DNA of 63,999 nucleotides, the filler included, from Catajapyx aquilonaris (Eukaryota): the NCBI GenBank assembly GCA_000934665.2. It is 3 parts of 3 records of this genome, joined end to end, with 100 filler letters (N's around TTAATTAATTAA, not from the genome) between each part and the next. Parts side by side here need not be neighbours in the genome. Positions count along the whole stretch, not along the records: positions 1 to 21,467 come from KZ539465.1; positions 21,568 to 43,028 come from KZ539466.1; 1 more part is not named here. The stretch is one strand, 5' to 3'. Position 1 is the stretch's first letter; each line of letters starts with the position of its first letter. This document shows positions 13,699 through 25,132 of this stretch, in pieces. Made by a program: the position numbers and the translations under genes. The notes under the pieces are model-generated. The model was not told the DNA's origin and made no database searches. It saw only the letters and a list, made by a program, of their open reading frames with translations.

Positions 13699-14017
13699 GG
13701 GAGGCAAAGTGGCGCTGTGGAAACACTGCGCCCACGGATGTTAAGGTCCCGGGTTTGATCCCAGCCCGGGGACACCCCCTTCATCTTGTGCAGAGTTTGG
13801 TCGTCTTTGGCTTCGTCTTGGGTGGAATCTCCATAGACATATCCACTCGGGGGAGTTCACAAAATGTACCCATACAAGACAGCGCACTTCACTTTGCACA
13901 TCCCCTCCTGTCATCCTGCCCGTGGGCCCGGGCGATTCAAATAATTGGCTCCATGTACATAATGGTTCAATAAAGGTTCTGTGTGATATACCCCACTGGG
14001 GGTGAAAGTACTTACAC

Positions 14018-14081
<64 letters not shown>
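13699..14081 (+). mobile_element. tRNA-derived SINE, family E, with (TTA)n tail
   Basis: B-box GGTTTGATCCC; 3' CCCCACTGGGGGT hairpin; (TTA)n tail; imperfect TSD TATTATTC(A/G)CTGG(C/T)AGA. Confidence 0.7.
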
Positions 14082-14089
<8 letters not shown>

Positions 14090-14243
14090 GCTGGTAGAAC
14101 ACATAATTGATGGTGTGGTCCTGGGTTTGAGTCCCAGTAGAACATTACATAGGCCGAGTGAGAGTGCCACTGAACTAGGCCTGGATTTACTGGCAACAAT
14201 AGGCCTAATTATGTCTCAAAAATTATTTCTTTTTTTATTTCAG

Positions 14244-14411
14244 CAATGTGGTTCAGTCCAACTCTTTGTGGACTATGAGGAATCAGTGGGAAATTATATG
14301 AAGGATGTAGATGGCAACATGATCCTGGATATCTACACTCAAATATCATCTCTTCCCTTGGGATACAACCATCCTGATCTGATTAATCTTTTTCAGGATT
14401 CATCCGTTATT
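14244..14411 (+). CDS. ABAT: ABAT exon 3
   Basis: [44 protein letters not shown]...; CAG| and |GTGAGT. Confidence 0.95.
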
Positions 14412-14494
14412 GTGAGTTCATGCCATGGGAATACATTACATATCTTTTACAAATCATTTGTAATCATGTACTTATTTTTCCTTTTACTTTTCAG

Positions 14495-14578
14495 AAGCAG
14501 GCTTTTGTAAACAGGCCTTCTCTAGGAGTATTTCCTGGCACAGACTGGGTACAGCGTATCAGGTCTTCCCTGCTCAAA
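14495..14578 (+). CDS. ABAT: ABAT exon 4 (start may be 14495, 14498 or 14501)
   Basis: (KQ)[26 protein letters not shown]; donor GTAATT. Confidence 0.9.
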
Positions 14579-15709
14579 GTAATTGCGCACATTTTGGGTT
14601 ATAATTAATAAACCCTAGAATTGGATTCACAAATAGGTGTTTTACAAAATCCACAATGCAAGTCATACATTTTGCTGCAAATTTTGTGAGAGCAAGCATC
14701 ACTGCTTTCAATCTCTTTGCACCTTGTAGCTGACATGTGCTTGTTTGTGAATTTGGTTCAGTGCATGTGAACTGGAGATATATCCATGGAATGGGCAAGT
14801 GTCAGTTGCATAACTTATGTCTTGTGATTACGATTATTCATTCTCAGTCAGTGCCTGTTCTTCCATGTAGAAATTAATTAACCTGTAATGTATACTAGCT
14901 TCTCATAGTTTAAGAAATTTTTCCTCTGGTTGCATTGCTTACTACACCTTTGGAAAGAAAGATGTTTTTACAGTTCTTTATCATACACTAATGACACATT
15001 GTGACCTAGTGTTATGACATTTGGCAAGGAAGCAATGGATTAGTCCTTTTGACATTGAGATAAGTTTCTCTGTTTTTCTTTCTTAAGATACTCGGTGCAC
15101 TTTGCAAGTTTTCCTTATATTGAGTCCAATGATGGGATCCCTGATATACATTCCTGGATATTATCTCTGTTTCAACTTTCTAATTCTCTTTCATGTATTG
15201 TGCATGAATTATCAAGGGGCTTATAGAGTTCGTTGAAGGCAAAGTTGAGATGAAGGAAGCATCACATTAGCTTTACATGCTGCAATTGATCTATGGGGGG
15301 GTATGTGGGGGGAGGAAAGGATTTGTGCTGTTGAAACATAGCATGCTTGATTCTGTTTGGAGCTTTAATTTGTTACATTTATTGATTGGATTTGAGTTCT
15401 TCCAACGTGGAGAGGTTTTAATATGAAATGACATAACTATATGGGGTGGACACATGATATTCTGCAGTCCTATCAGAAAAAAAGCATCTCTGTACATTGC
15501 AGTAAGGTTGCATTTTCAGACAATTTAAAAAAAACATGACCTTGCCACAAGTGCAGAAGTTGTTCTTTTTGGTAGGATGACGGTATTGAGATGTTACTGT
15601 TCTTTCATTATTAATACTTCAACATGCTTGGCACAGTTTCTTGTGAACAGATTTGATAGGAATCGAACCATTATTTTATACATGTGTACCATTCTGCTTA
15701 TTTTTTCAG

Positions 15710-15905
15710 GTAGCACCTTCTGGCCTAAATTATGTGACTACCATGGCGTGTGGTGCATGTGCTAACGAAAATGCCTACAAGACTGTCTTCTTGTGGTATC
15801 AACAGAAATTGAGAGGAAAAAGTGACTTTAGCAGAGAGGAAATGGAAAGCTGCATGTGGAATCTGATGCCTGGTTGCCCTCCACTTACAATCCTTTCCTT
15901 TCAAG
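15710..15905 (+). CDS. ABAT: ABAT exon 5
   Basis: VAPSGLNYVTTMACGACANENAYK...PGCPPLTILSFQG, including the CxxC equivalent to the [2Fe-2S] ligands of mammalian GABA-T. Confidence 0.95.
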
Positions 15906-16959
15906 GTATCTTACAAGTTAAAATTCTTGTCTGCATTTGGTGTGAGCTGCCCATGTTACACTTGTTATAACCTTGATCAAACATATATTAGGCAATATGT
16001 TAGTATATTATCGCAGTGATTTCACAGCTACTTATCAGCAGGAAATAGACACCCATCTTGAGGAGGAAGATAAAGGTGATTATTACAGGCTGGTCAAGAA
16101 GTTTTAGGATTCTCCCCTTTCCACCAGGGGATGTTTCAAAATAAAGTATTTTAAAGAACTAGGGCATTCATGATCTTGGAAACACTTTTGCCGAAAAACA
16201 TATGCTTCCATCTTCCTTGTTTGACATGATTTTTCAAGCACTCCTCCACCCTATGAACAAATATTTCAAAAATCTGTTAAGATGCCTAATGCAAGATTTC
16301 ATTGTATTTTTCCCAAGAGGACTCTTGAACTATGAGGACATTATGGAAATGCAAAATAATATAGCATGTTCCAACATAATTGCCCATGGTGGGTGGCATC
16401 CCCCCCCCCCCCCCCCCTCTCTCTCTCTTTCCCAATTTTGAAGCTCATTTTTAGGTGGCCACTCTTTGGGACCGCTTCTTTTATAGGTTATCTAAAATAT
16501 GCTGCTAAAATTAGGTTTACTGAGTGTATTTTAAACTAATGCAGGACTAGTTGGTCCACCTATTGACCTCAAGTGCCAGTGAGTCAGCAAGGGTCATTAG
16601 CTAGGTTTTAAGCCTGGAAATTCATTGCAGCTCAGGGACTACAATACTACATGAATGCTATCAGCTGTTATTTCTGTGCTAGAAATAACAGTTTGAATGT
16701 TATTGCTTGTAGTAATAAGCTGTTCAGTGTTCAGTGACTCTGAATACTGGTGGCAAGCACAGAATTGTCAGGAAAAATGGAAGAAACATCAGATTCACAG
16801 GTTGGGGGGATTGCTAATACTGAAGAATGATGCTAGTTCACCTTGATTACCACATGGAAAAGACATTTATAGATCACAAATCTACATTATATCCCATTTG
16901 CAATGAGTAGCAGTATGTTGGTGTATACCCAAGCCAATGTCTTGCGAAAGTCCTGCCCA

Positions 16960-18990
16960 TCCTCCCAGCTTAATCCCATCCCAAATGCAACACCCAGTTT
17001 TTTTGTTGCTATGTAACTCGGGAGTTCCGAGGGTCCTAGTCTGGGGCAGGAAGGAGCTTTGCGTGGAATGATCAGGGTAGTAGAGATAGGGAAGTGGTCA
17101 GATATGTGAGAAAAACCAACCCTGAAATTAATGTGCCTGAAACCAGAGCCAGGTTGCCAGGTCTGCCTAATGCTGAGTAGTAAGTAAAATTCCCCTCAGA
17201 ATCCTCTCGCATTGTTCCGTTCAAAACTAATAGTGTTGAGTCCTCCATAGCTTCAATTCGAGTATGTCGCCTCCTGTTCATCTTCAAGTCCTTAGCTTGC
17301 GTAGTTGAGACCGCTGGATTGTTTATTGAATAATCACCGATTCTAGCATTACAATCCCCCGTGATCATTACTGGTTGGTTATGGAGACGTTTTTCCCTTA
17401 TTGTATCGAACAAAGCAGTTATCAGCCGAAGCACCATTTCAGCTTTGAGAGCTCAATCTCAATTATTATGTAATATGTCTCACTTGCAATGAGATGGGTT
17501 TTTAGGGAGGGGTGACAGAATATGGCCAGGCCCCCAGAGGGCCATCCCTTTGAAAACCGGCGAACGGCCGGAGTCGAGTATGTCGTACCACCTCTCCAGA
17601 GTTCCACCTTCGGCTCCATCGCAAGCCATGTCTCCACCATCCCTAATAGTTTTAGGTTGTCTGTAAGTGTGTCCACACTGTACACTCACAATAGTCAAAG
17701 GGGTGCTTTACTTTCGTTCGAGTAGGTTTGGAGCAAAGTCATTTGGATGAGGAAGCTTGATCCGCCAATTGTACTATGCCAGATGGGAGTGGTGGAGGAA
17801 GATGATTATAAGTTTGTCTAGCACCACGATCGCGCACTTGAGAGAGGGTGGGTTTTGCAAAGGTAGCGATTGGGATTTCTGTGAGTCTTCCGTCTATCCA
17901 AGCAAAAGGCTTGTTGTTGACGATTAGGTGATCCTTAGTCATCCTTGTCTGTATGCCCTGAGTCGTTAACAGTTTCCTCTCTCTAATCAGCTCCTTCCGG
18001 ACGAGTCGCGTTGAGACGTTTGTTCCCTGCAGCTTGAATGCATTTTGAAAAATTAGGTTCCTGTCCGATGTGTATGGAATCTTAGCGATTATTATTGGCC
18101 CATTTGATCTTCACCCTAGAAAGTGGGCCCTATCTAAGTCTTTGAGATTCAACTTATCTAGTAGAGAGTCGGTAATTATCTTAGGGCTGTGATGTGATGG
18201 AGTATCGGGGGGGTTACTGAAGACCGTGGAATATTACATTTTGCTCCCGGCTTCTGTCATCAAGGTCTATCACCTTTTATTTAGAGCTTCGATGTCTTTT
18301 GGCTGTGAACTGATAATCCCATTTAAATCATCAATCTGTCTCTGAGCCGCCTTGATTTCGCAGTTGTTTTCTGATACTACCTTGAGGAGGCTCGACAACT
18401 TAGATGTAACCTCTGACATAAATGCCCGCATTGACATTCCCTTAACCTCGTCAAGGTCATCCACCTCATCCTCTAGCTTTTTCCTCTTCGGGGTCAATAT
18501 GTCACCTCTAGCATTAGGGGGAAGGTCCGGTAGGTCTCCGGACATCGACGACTGAGCCAGTGGCAAACTGTCCTGTGGCCCCGGGTTCTTCTCCACATTC
18601 GCCCTCGTCAGCAAGATCTTAATAATTTTTAATGGGAGGGGCAGAGATTTAAGTGGCATTAGGCCCACTGAGGCAAGTACCAGGAAACCCCCGCCCCACG
18701 TGACACACGCCTGCACCGTGTCATCTGCACTTTGGGCCTGGCATGTTGCCCTCGAGGCTAACCTGTTGAATAGGTATATGTCTGTCGGAATCGAACACAG
18801 CAATAGCAGCAAGATGGCTCCAATGGGTCCCCCTGGCATTGTCCGATTGTCCGGTCTGCGCCTCTTCCTCGAAGGTACCCCAGATCGTAGGTCACCAACC
18901 TGGGATGCTCTCCATTGTTGGACGTTAATCATATCGTCAGGGTTGCGAACAAATTAATTTAATTAGTAAAGTCCTATAACTGTCAACTGC
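16960..18990 (-). mobile_element. Decayed non-LTR retrotransposon 5' half (ORF1 with 2A-like motif and coiled coil; ORF2 APE endonuclease), RTE-X/Daphne-like
   Basis: ORF1 18270-18932 has LLTRANVEKNPGP and a heptad region, with further ORF1 remnants to ~17740. APE motifs LGMVETWL, PAVRRFSKGWPSGG, ITGDCNARIG, VLNG...GNFTY. Confidence 0.85.
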
Positions 18991-19403
18991 TCCTTGGCAC
19001 GAGCTGGACTTACTTTTGGGCTCAATTACCCCGCACCAGGCCGCCAAGGCCATCCCCAATCAACCTTGTTTGTGCTCGGTGAGTTGGTAAGGGGAGATGA
19101 GTCAAATGGTGGAGCAGCAGAAAAGCAGGACCTTCCTCGAGCAAGTTGGAAATGCAAGTCTGATGACTTGCACATAATGCATGGTACCTCAGAAATTATG
19201 ACGTGCATTACATGGCAACCGTGCTCACCCTAAGTTGTCATGTTTATGTTTGTGTATGGAGTGTCATTAACAAAGAACGGATATCTAGGTTTTTACCTAT
19301 ACTCTTTATTTTGTAGGCAGAACACTGGAACCAAAATATCTATCCGTTTCATAACACAAGGACCTCAAAAATGGTAGTTTTATAAAACTTAAAATTGCCT
19401 ATT

Positions 19404-19706
19404 AATAATAATAATAATAATTTACCCCGTGATAGAGCCATTGGCTCTCTTAGGGGGGGAGTTCATCCCAATTTTTTTTTGTCAGGAACTCTTGTCTTTT
19501 TACTTTTTGCTTCGCTTTTTGGGAAGGGATAGGGAAGGAAGGAAGCGGCTGTGGCCTGTTAATTACGGAAACAACTCCGGAATTTTCCTGGAGGGACCGT
19601 GGGAAACCACAGAAAACCACGGTCAGAGTTGCCGGCCCGGGGATTTGATCCCAGGACCTCCCGATTAGCAGTCTGGCTCCTTAACCCCTACACCAACCTG
19701 CTTCGG
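19404..19706 (-). mobile_element. tRNA-derived SINE, family C (Lm1/Talua-like body), copy 1
   Basis: Minus-strand tRNA-like head (CTGCTAA loop, GGATCAAATCC). Body GTGGTTTTCTGTGGTTTCCC...GGCCACAGCCGCTTCCTTCC. Tail TATCACGGGGTAAA(TTA)n. TSD TTAAAATTGCCTATT at 19389 and 19707. Confidence 0.85.
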
Positions 19707-20321
19707 TTAAAATTGCCTATTTCGGACATTGAGACCTAAATGGCCTATTAGCGCCTATTTTCACCTATTCACACCTTTTTGACGCATTTTCGTAATATTT
19801 TCGGCAGTTTTTACGTGTTTTCCGTTCAAGTCATCTCTCCCCTTCAACCTGTGAATAGCGAAGAAGCTGTAGCCTATAGACATGTCTGATGAACTGGCTG
19901 TACAAGACATTTAACTTCTCAAGAATGATCCAGTTGCTTTGTGGGATGTCAAAAGGTCATTTTTCAACGTATAAAGTTGTACTGCCACACCGGCATCGCC
20001 GACAAATAATAATGAAAAAACTAAAATATGGAACAACTGCTAATTTGTTACTGTGCCACAAAATTCCGTGGCCAAGAGTAGGCTGCATGGGACTGTAAAT
20101 AAATTAGGACCTGCTTGATTTTTAGTGCCTATTTAAGAGCCCATTTTAACTGTTTTCAGGACCTAAATGCCTAACGATTTGAGTTTTTTTTTTAGAACCT
20201 AGAACTCAGTTCTTTGGTAATTAAGATAAAGTAATGGGTCAGGACTGCCACATGAAGTCGGTTAAGATATTTGCATATCTTCTTATTCTTATATCTTATT
20301 CTTATATCTTATTCTTTTCAG

Positions 20322-20494
20322 GTGCATTTCATGGTAGAACACTTGCAACCCTTGCAACCACCCACTCCAAACCCATCCATAAGGTAGACATTCCTTCTCT
20401 AGATTGGCCAATTGCTTCATTTCCAAAATATAAGTACCCTTTAGAAGATCATGTACGAGAAAATCAAGCTGAAGATGAGCGCGCTCTTGAACAA
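20322..20494 (+). CDS. ABAT: ABAT exon 6
   Basis: [42 protein letters not shown]...; phase 1 matches exon 5. Confidence 0.97.
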
Positions 20495-20560
20495 GTAAGA
20501 AATATTTTTTTGAAGGAAGCATAAATATGTGATAATATTACAAGTGCAATTTGTATTCAG

Positions 20561-20698
20561 GTTGAGGATCTGATGCACAAGTACAGCCAGCGAGGGACTC
20601 ATGTTGCTGGAGTTGTTGTGGAACCAATACAGGCTGAAGGTGGTGATAATCATGCATCTCCTGAATTTTTTCAAAAATTGCAGAGACTCACCCATAAG
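20561..20698 (+). CDS. ABAT: ABAT exon 7
   Basis: VEDLMHKY...VAGVVVEPIQAEGGDNHASPEFFQKLQRLTHK; CAG| and |GTAAGG. Confidence 0.97.
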
Positions 20699-20769
20699 GT
20701 AAGGGATATTCAGTGAGGTGCTTGTAATCTGTGATACTGATTGCATCTAATTTTTACATTCTCTTACAG

Positions 20770-20927
20770 AATAATGCAGCTCTCATAATAGATGAAGTGC
20801 AGACAGGGTGTGGCCCAACTGGTAAAATGTGGTGCCACGAACATTTCAACCTTGATTCACCTCCTGATATAGTTACTTTTAGCAAAAAGATGCTCACTGG
20901 TGGCTTCTATCACACTGAAGAATTTCT
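20770..20927 (+). CDS. ABAT: ABAT exon 8 (PLP-binding site)
   Basis: [21 protein letters not shown]...[15 protein letters not shown], the class III aminotransferase PLP signature with the Schiff-base Lys. Confidence 0.97.
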
Positions 20928-20983
20928 GTATGTCATGCTTAGTGGGGAGTTACACCAGTATCACTAACACATCATTGTTTCAG

Positions 20984-21252
20984 ACCTCGTCTTCCATATC
21001 GCATTTTCAATACTTGGATGGGTGATCCATCTAAGGTGGTGATGGTTGACAAAGTGATTGAAGTTATGGCAAGGGACCAGCTGCTTCAGAATGTGCGAAA
21101 AACTGGAGACCATCTTCTTAGAGGGCTGAAAGAATTGGAGAAGGAATTTCCCCAGTTTTTACATTCTGTGAGAGGACGAGGCACTTTCTGTGCTGTAGAC
21201 TGCAAGACCTCTGATATGAAGGACAAATTTATTGCAAAATTAAAAAACCAAG
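20984..21252 (+). CDS. ABAT: ABAT exon 9
   Basis: PRLPYRIFNTWMGDPSK...RGRGTFCAVD...LKNQG; donor GTAAGT; preceding intron is 56 nt. Confidence 0.95.
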
Positions 21253-21467
21253 GTAAGTGTTACATTTTATAAGTATAGTACAGTATATTCCTTAAAGAAT
21301 TCTGCAGAAGTTTTGGCACTAGGCTAGAGGGACATGACTTCTTCATTGTGGCCATTGTTAAATATATTGGAAAAGGGCAATTCCACGAAAGAGCGGACAT
21401 GGGGTGCGGTTCTTATATCTTGACGCAGTTGGAATCTGAGTGACTAAAACCGAAGCATGTGGACCAT

Positions 21468-21567
21468 NNNNNNNNNNNNNNNNNNNNNNNNNNNNNNNNN
21501 NNNNNNNNNNNTTAATTAATTAANNNNNNNNNNNNNNNNNNNNNNNNNNNNNNNNNNNNNNNNNNNN
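21468..21567. other. Artificial contig-join linker (N-run + TTAATTAATTAA + N-run)
   Basis: A 12-mer with stops in all six frames, centred in Ns. The same construct occurs at 43029-43128. Confidence 0.85.
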
Positions 21568-21914
21568 CCTGAAAGTTTCAGCAAAAAGTAGCTTCCCACA
21601 ATTATTAGGTTTGGAGTTAATTTCTGAGGATTCTGGGAATTTTACAGAGGTTTGGACTATGCCAGAGTGATCCTGAAGCTAGTCTTAATCATTCCTGAAA
21701 GTTTCAGCAAAAAGTAGATCCCCACACCTAGGAGGTTTGCTTGTGAGGACATGATTTGGTCATCCATACCATCAGTGTGACGCCACTAAGGCCTGGTTCA
21801 CACGTGGCCACTTTTAGTGGTAGACGCTCGCCATAGCAACTGGCCACCGTTGCTTATACACAGGATTAAATGGGAGCATTCACACATGGCCACTGCAGTG
21901 GCAAGGGTATGCGT

Positions 21915-22926
21915 CAGGGTTCGAAATTAACCGGTCGCCAGTCGCATTTCGCGACTTTAGGTTATCCATTGGCGACTGAATAAAGATGGCTAGTCGCCAC
22001 TTTGGCGACTAGCTTTCCCTCCCAATACTGTATTTCTGCCTCGTATTTTCAATTTCGTTTTCCTGCAGTGCTGATTCTGTTGGTGGCTCATTATCATGAA
22101 GCGCGCCTGGTATTTATTGGGGTCCTCACTCCGGGGGTCAAGTTCAAGTTCCAAGTTGGGGTAAATAAGGTTGCAGGATAGCAGGAAGGACTCAGCTATG
22201 CGGGGTCACAGCCAGATGTAGAGGAGGGGAAAGGGGAAAGCGGGACAGGCGACAGGATGGACATAATTAGGAGGAGGGAACAGGGAAGCTGTGGTGAAGA
22301 AGGTCCAAGGTCGATGACCGGTATAAGTCATGAGTGCATTGAGGCCTTGAGGGTTGAGGGGGAGGGNNNNNNNNNNNNNNNNNNNNNNNNNNNNNNNNNN
22401 NNNNNNNNNNNNNNNNNNNNNNNNNNNNNNNNGCGGGGGAGAGAGAGAAGTTTCGAAATAGTCTTAGATAGTCTTTCGACTGATTTCGAGTCGCAGTCGG
22501 CAAGAGAGGCGGATCGGACTCGAGAAGTGCTCTCCCGAGGAAAATGGCAAAACGCTAGATTTCGGATTTTTTTGTGGGCAGTAGCATTTCCAAAGTCAGC
22601 AAACCAGCTGACGAGGAAGAAGAGGAGTCTGCCAGCATAAAATCAACACCGAGGAACAAAGTGAATCCATCATTGATGTGATTTGTATAGGCTATTATTG
22701 CAGTTTCGTGTCTAAAAAGAAGCAGTTGGTAAAATACTAAAATATGCTTCTGAATTGTGAAGCATATTAACGCTGTACATTATAACTATAGGCGATTTTA
22801 TGCTGTGGAACAGTAATGATATATAATAAAATAAAATAATGGCGACTAGGCATACAGTTTTGGCGACCATGTTATACATATCAGTGCCACCGGCGACCTG
22901 CCTATGTATCCCAATTTCGAACACTG
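21915..22926. mobile_element. hAT-type MITE
   Basis: CAGGGTTCGAAATT ... AATTTCGAACACTG; 8-bp TSD GTATGCGT/GTAGGCGT; subterminal TGGCGAC/GTCGCCA repeats. Confidence 0.85.
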
Positions 22927-23129
22927 GTAGGCGTCTGTGGGCTCGGAGTGGCTTGGAAGTTGCTCAACCGCCGAATGAGTGGCAGGCCCGAGCATCTTTG
23001 CTCCTACAAGCACTCAAGGCCAGGTGCCACTCGGTAGCGGACCATTGGTTTGCATTGGTGCATTCACACGGAGTCACAGGCCACTCACGCCCGCAACAGG
23101 GCCACAGGCCCAGTCATATGTCCACGCTA

Positions 23130-24654
23130 CAGGGTCATTGAAAATGAATGTCCCATTTTTAAAACCCTATAACTTGAAAACTTGTAGAGATATCTTAATG
23201 ATTTAAGTTTTGAAATGTTAAGAAATGTCTAAAGTTCTGGTCTTACCATAGTGTGTTTCGATATGAGCTCCGTTTGTCGCTCAAAAAATGTAAATATGAT
23301 AATCGGTGTCCTTCCTAACCCGCTCAGGCATGTCTGGCGTTACAGCTGAAATCTTTTTTCGTAGGTGATGGTGGTGCCGAATGTTGTCATCATACATGTA
23401 TCTCCACAAAAAAGTCCATCGGGGTAAAATCTGGGCTTCTGGAGGGGCTATGCATGGAGAAATTTCTCATACGAGACTTCTCACACTGGGAAGCTGAACA
23501 AATATAAATTTTCTACGGCAGGTTTATTTCATGGATGAGGCGACTTTTTTATTTGAATCGTCAAGAACAATGTCTGTGGTGTAAATATCAGAGATATCCA
23601 GCACCTACGGGATAGGATTGCAACGGTAACTCCAGATGTGATTGATAGGGTTTGTCCTGACACCGAATACAGGCTTTTTAACCCCTTCGGCCCCAGATCG
23701 GCCCGAACCACACAGTTTTTGGCTTACGCGTACTCCGAAGATACGGACAAGATATTTTGCAAATAATAACAGCTATACTTATGAGATCTGGGAAAACCCT
23801 ATGAATGTGTCTGGAACCATTTTACTCGTCTAGAAGTCCCTAAATTAATTTCCAAAAAAGGGCTATAATAACTCGAAATTGGACTACTGCCGCCCAACTT
23901 TTAGGCTGATTTGATTATGAAATGCGTGAAAATATGCAGAATAACAACTTTGAGAACCATGCCAGACGAATTTGCTGAAATCGTCGTCCTTTGCGAGAAA
24001 TAAATTAATACTTATTTGCGGCTTTCTGGCACTTCGGAAAACTTCGGAAAACTCCCAAATTTATTTGTTTTTCATGAAGTACGACGATTTCAGAAAATTC
24101 ATCTCATACTCATTTAGGAGTTTTCCTAAGTGCTAGAATTTATTTCTCGCAACGTACGTCGATTTCAGCAAATTCGTCTGGCAGGGTTCTCATGGTTGTT
24201 ATTCCGCATATTTTCACGCATTTCATAATCAAATCAGCCTAAAAGTTGGGCCGCAGTAGTCCAATTTCGAGTTATTATAGCCCCTTTTTGGAAATTAATT
24301 TAGGGACTTCTAGACGAGTAAAATGGTTCCAGACACATTCATAGGGTTTTCCCAGATCTTGTAAGTATAGCTGTTATTATTTGCAAAATATCTTGTCCGT
24401 ATCTTCGGAGTACGCGTAAGCCAAAAACTGTGTGGTTCGGGCCGATCTGGGGCCGAAGGGGTTAATCTGCCTAGCGATAAATGAAGCTCATATCGAAGGG
24501 AAAAAAAAAACTAACCCGAAACCAAAACTGTAGACCTTTCTTAGTATTTCAAAACTTAAATCAGATATTCAGATCAGAAAATTCAGATAATAATGTCTGC
24601 AAGTTTTCGAGTTATTGGGTTTTTTAAATGGGACATTATATTTTGATGACCCTG
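23130..24654. mobile_element. Tc1/mariner-derived element made of two inverted transposase 3' ends
   Basis: TA|CAGGGTCATTGAAAATGAATGTCCCATTT ... AAATGGGACATTATATTTTGATGACCCTG|TA. RSPDFTPMDFF on the minus strand and a paralogous C-terminus on the plus strand. Confidence 0.75.
23682..24461. mobile_element. Palindromic piggyBac-type MITE
   Basis: TTAA|CCCCTTCGGCCCCAGATCG ... CGATCTGGGGCCGAAGGGG|TTAA, with ~325-bp near-perfect inverted arms. Confidence 0.9.
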
Positions 24655-24841
24655 TATTTCATGCCGTGAGGAAAGAGCAGTTTACCACCTTGGATTGTGC
24701 AATTAGTGAAGGAAATTAATATCGAAGACTTTATGTCTGACGTTGAGGTCTAGGCACCTATCCCGATATGTGGGACTCATCAGTTGCCAAAAATACCTGG
24801 AGGGGGAAACCTTTCATCATCTTGCCTCAGATCTTGGAATA

Positions 24842-25132
24842 ATAATAATAATATAATATCTTACCCCGTTATCAGCCTTTTTCGGCTCTTTAGGGGGGAT
24901 TTTTGTTTTGTCTGGAACTCTTGAGTACATTTTTACTTTGCTTTTTGGGATAGGATAGGGAAGGAAGGAGGCGGCTGTGGCCTAATAATTTAGGAAACAA
25001 CTCCGGAATTCTCCTGGAGGGACCGTGGGAAACCACAGAAAACCACGGTTAGAGTTGCCGGCCCCGGGGCTCGAACCCAGGACCTCCCGATTAGCAGTAG
25101 GACCCTATAGCCACTCCACCAAACTGCTTCGG
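24842..25132 (-). mobile_element. SINE family C, copy 2
   Basis: Same head, body and tail as the copy at 19404; TSD TCAGATCTTGGAATA at 24827 and 25133. Confidence 0.85.

Noticed and set aside
13911..14199. Poly-Y/poly-I/poly-N ORFs (also near 27.6, 30.6, 34.6 and 41.2 kb)
   Set aside because: They are translations of (TTA/AAT)n microsatellites and SINE tails.
21512..21523. TTAATTAATTAA as a piggyBac target or biological motif
   Set aside because: It is centred in N-runs twice and has stops in all six frames, so it is an assembly linker.
22257..22360. QGSCGEEGPRSM as the missing last ABAT exon
   Set aside because: It lacks the SIR.RP motif and a suitable acceptor, and lies inside a hAT MITE.
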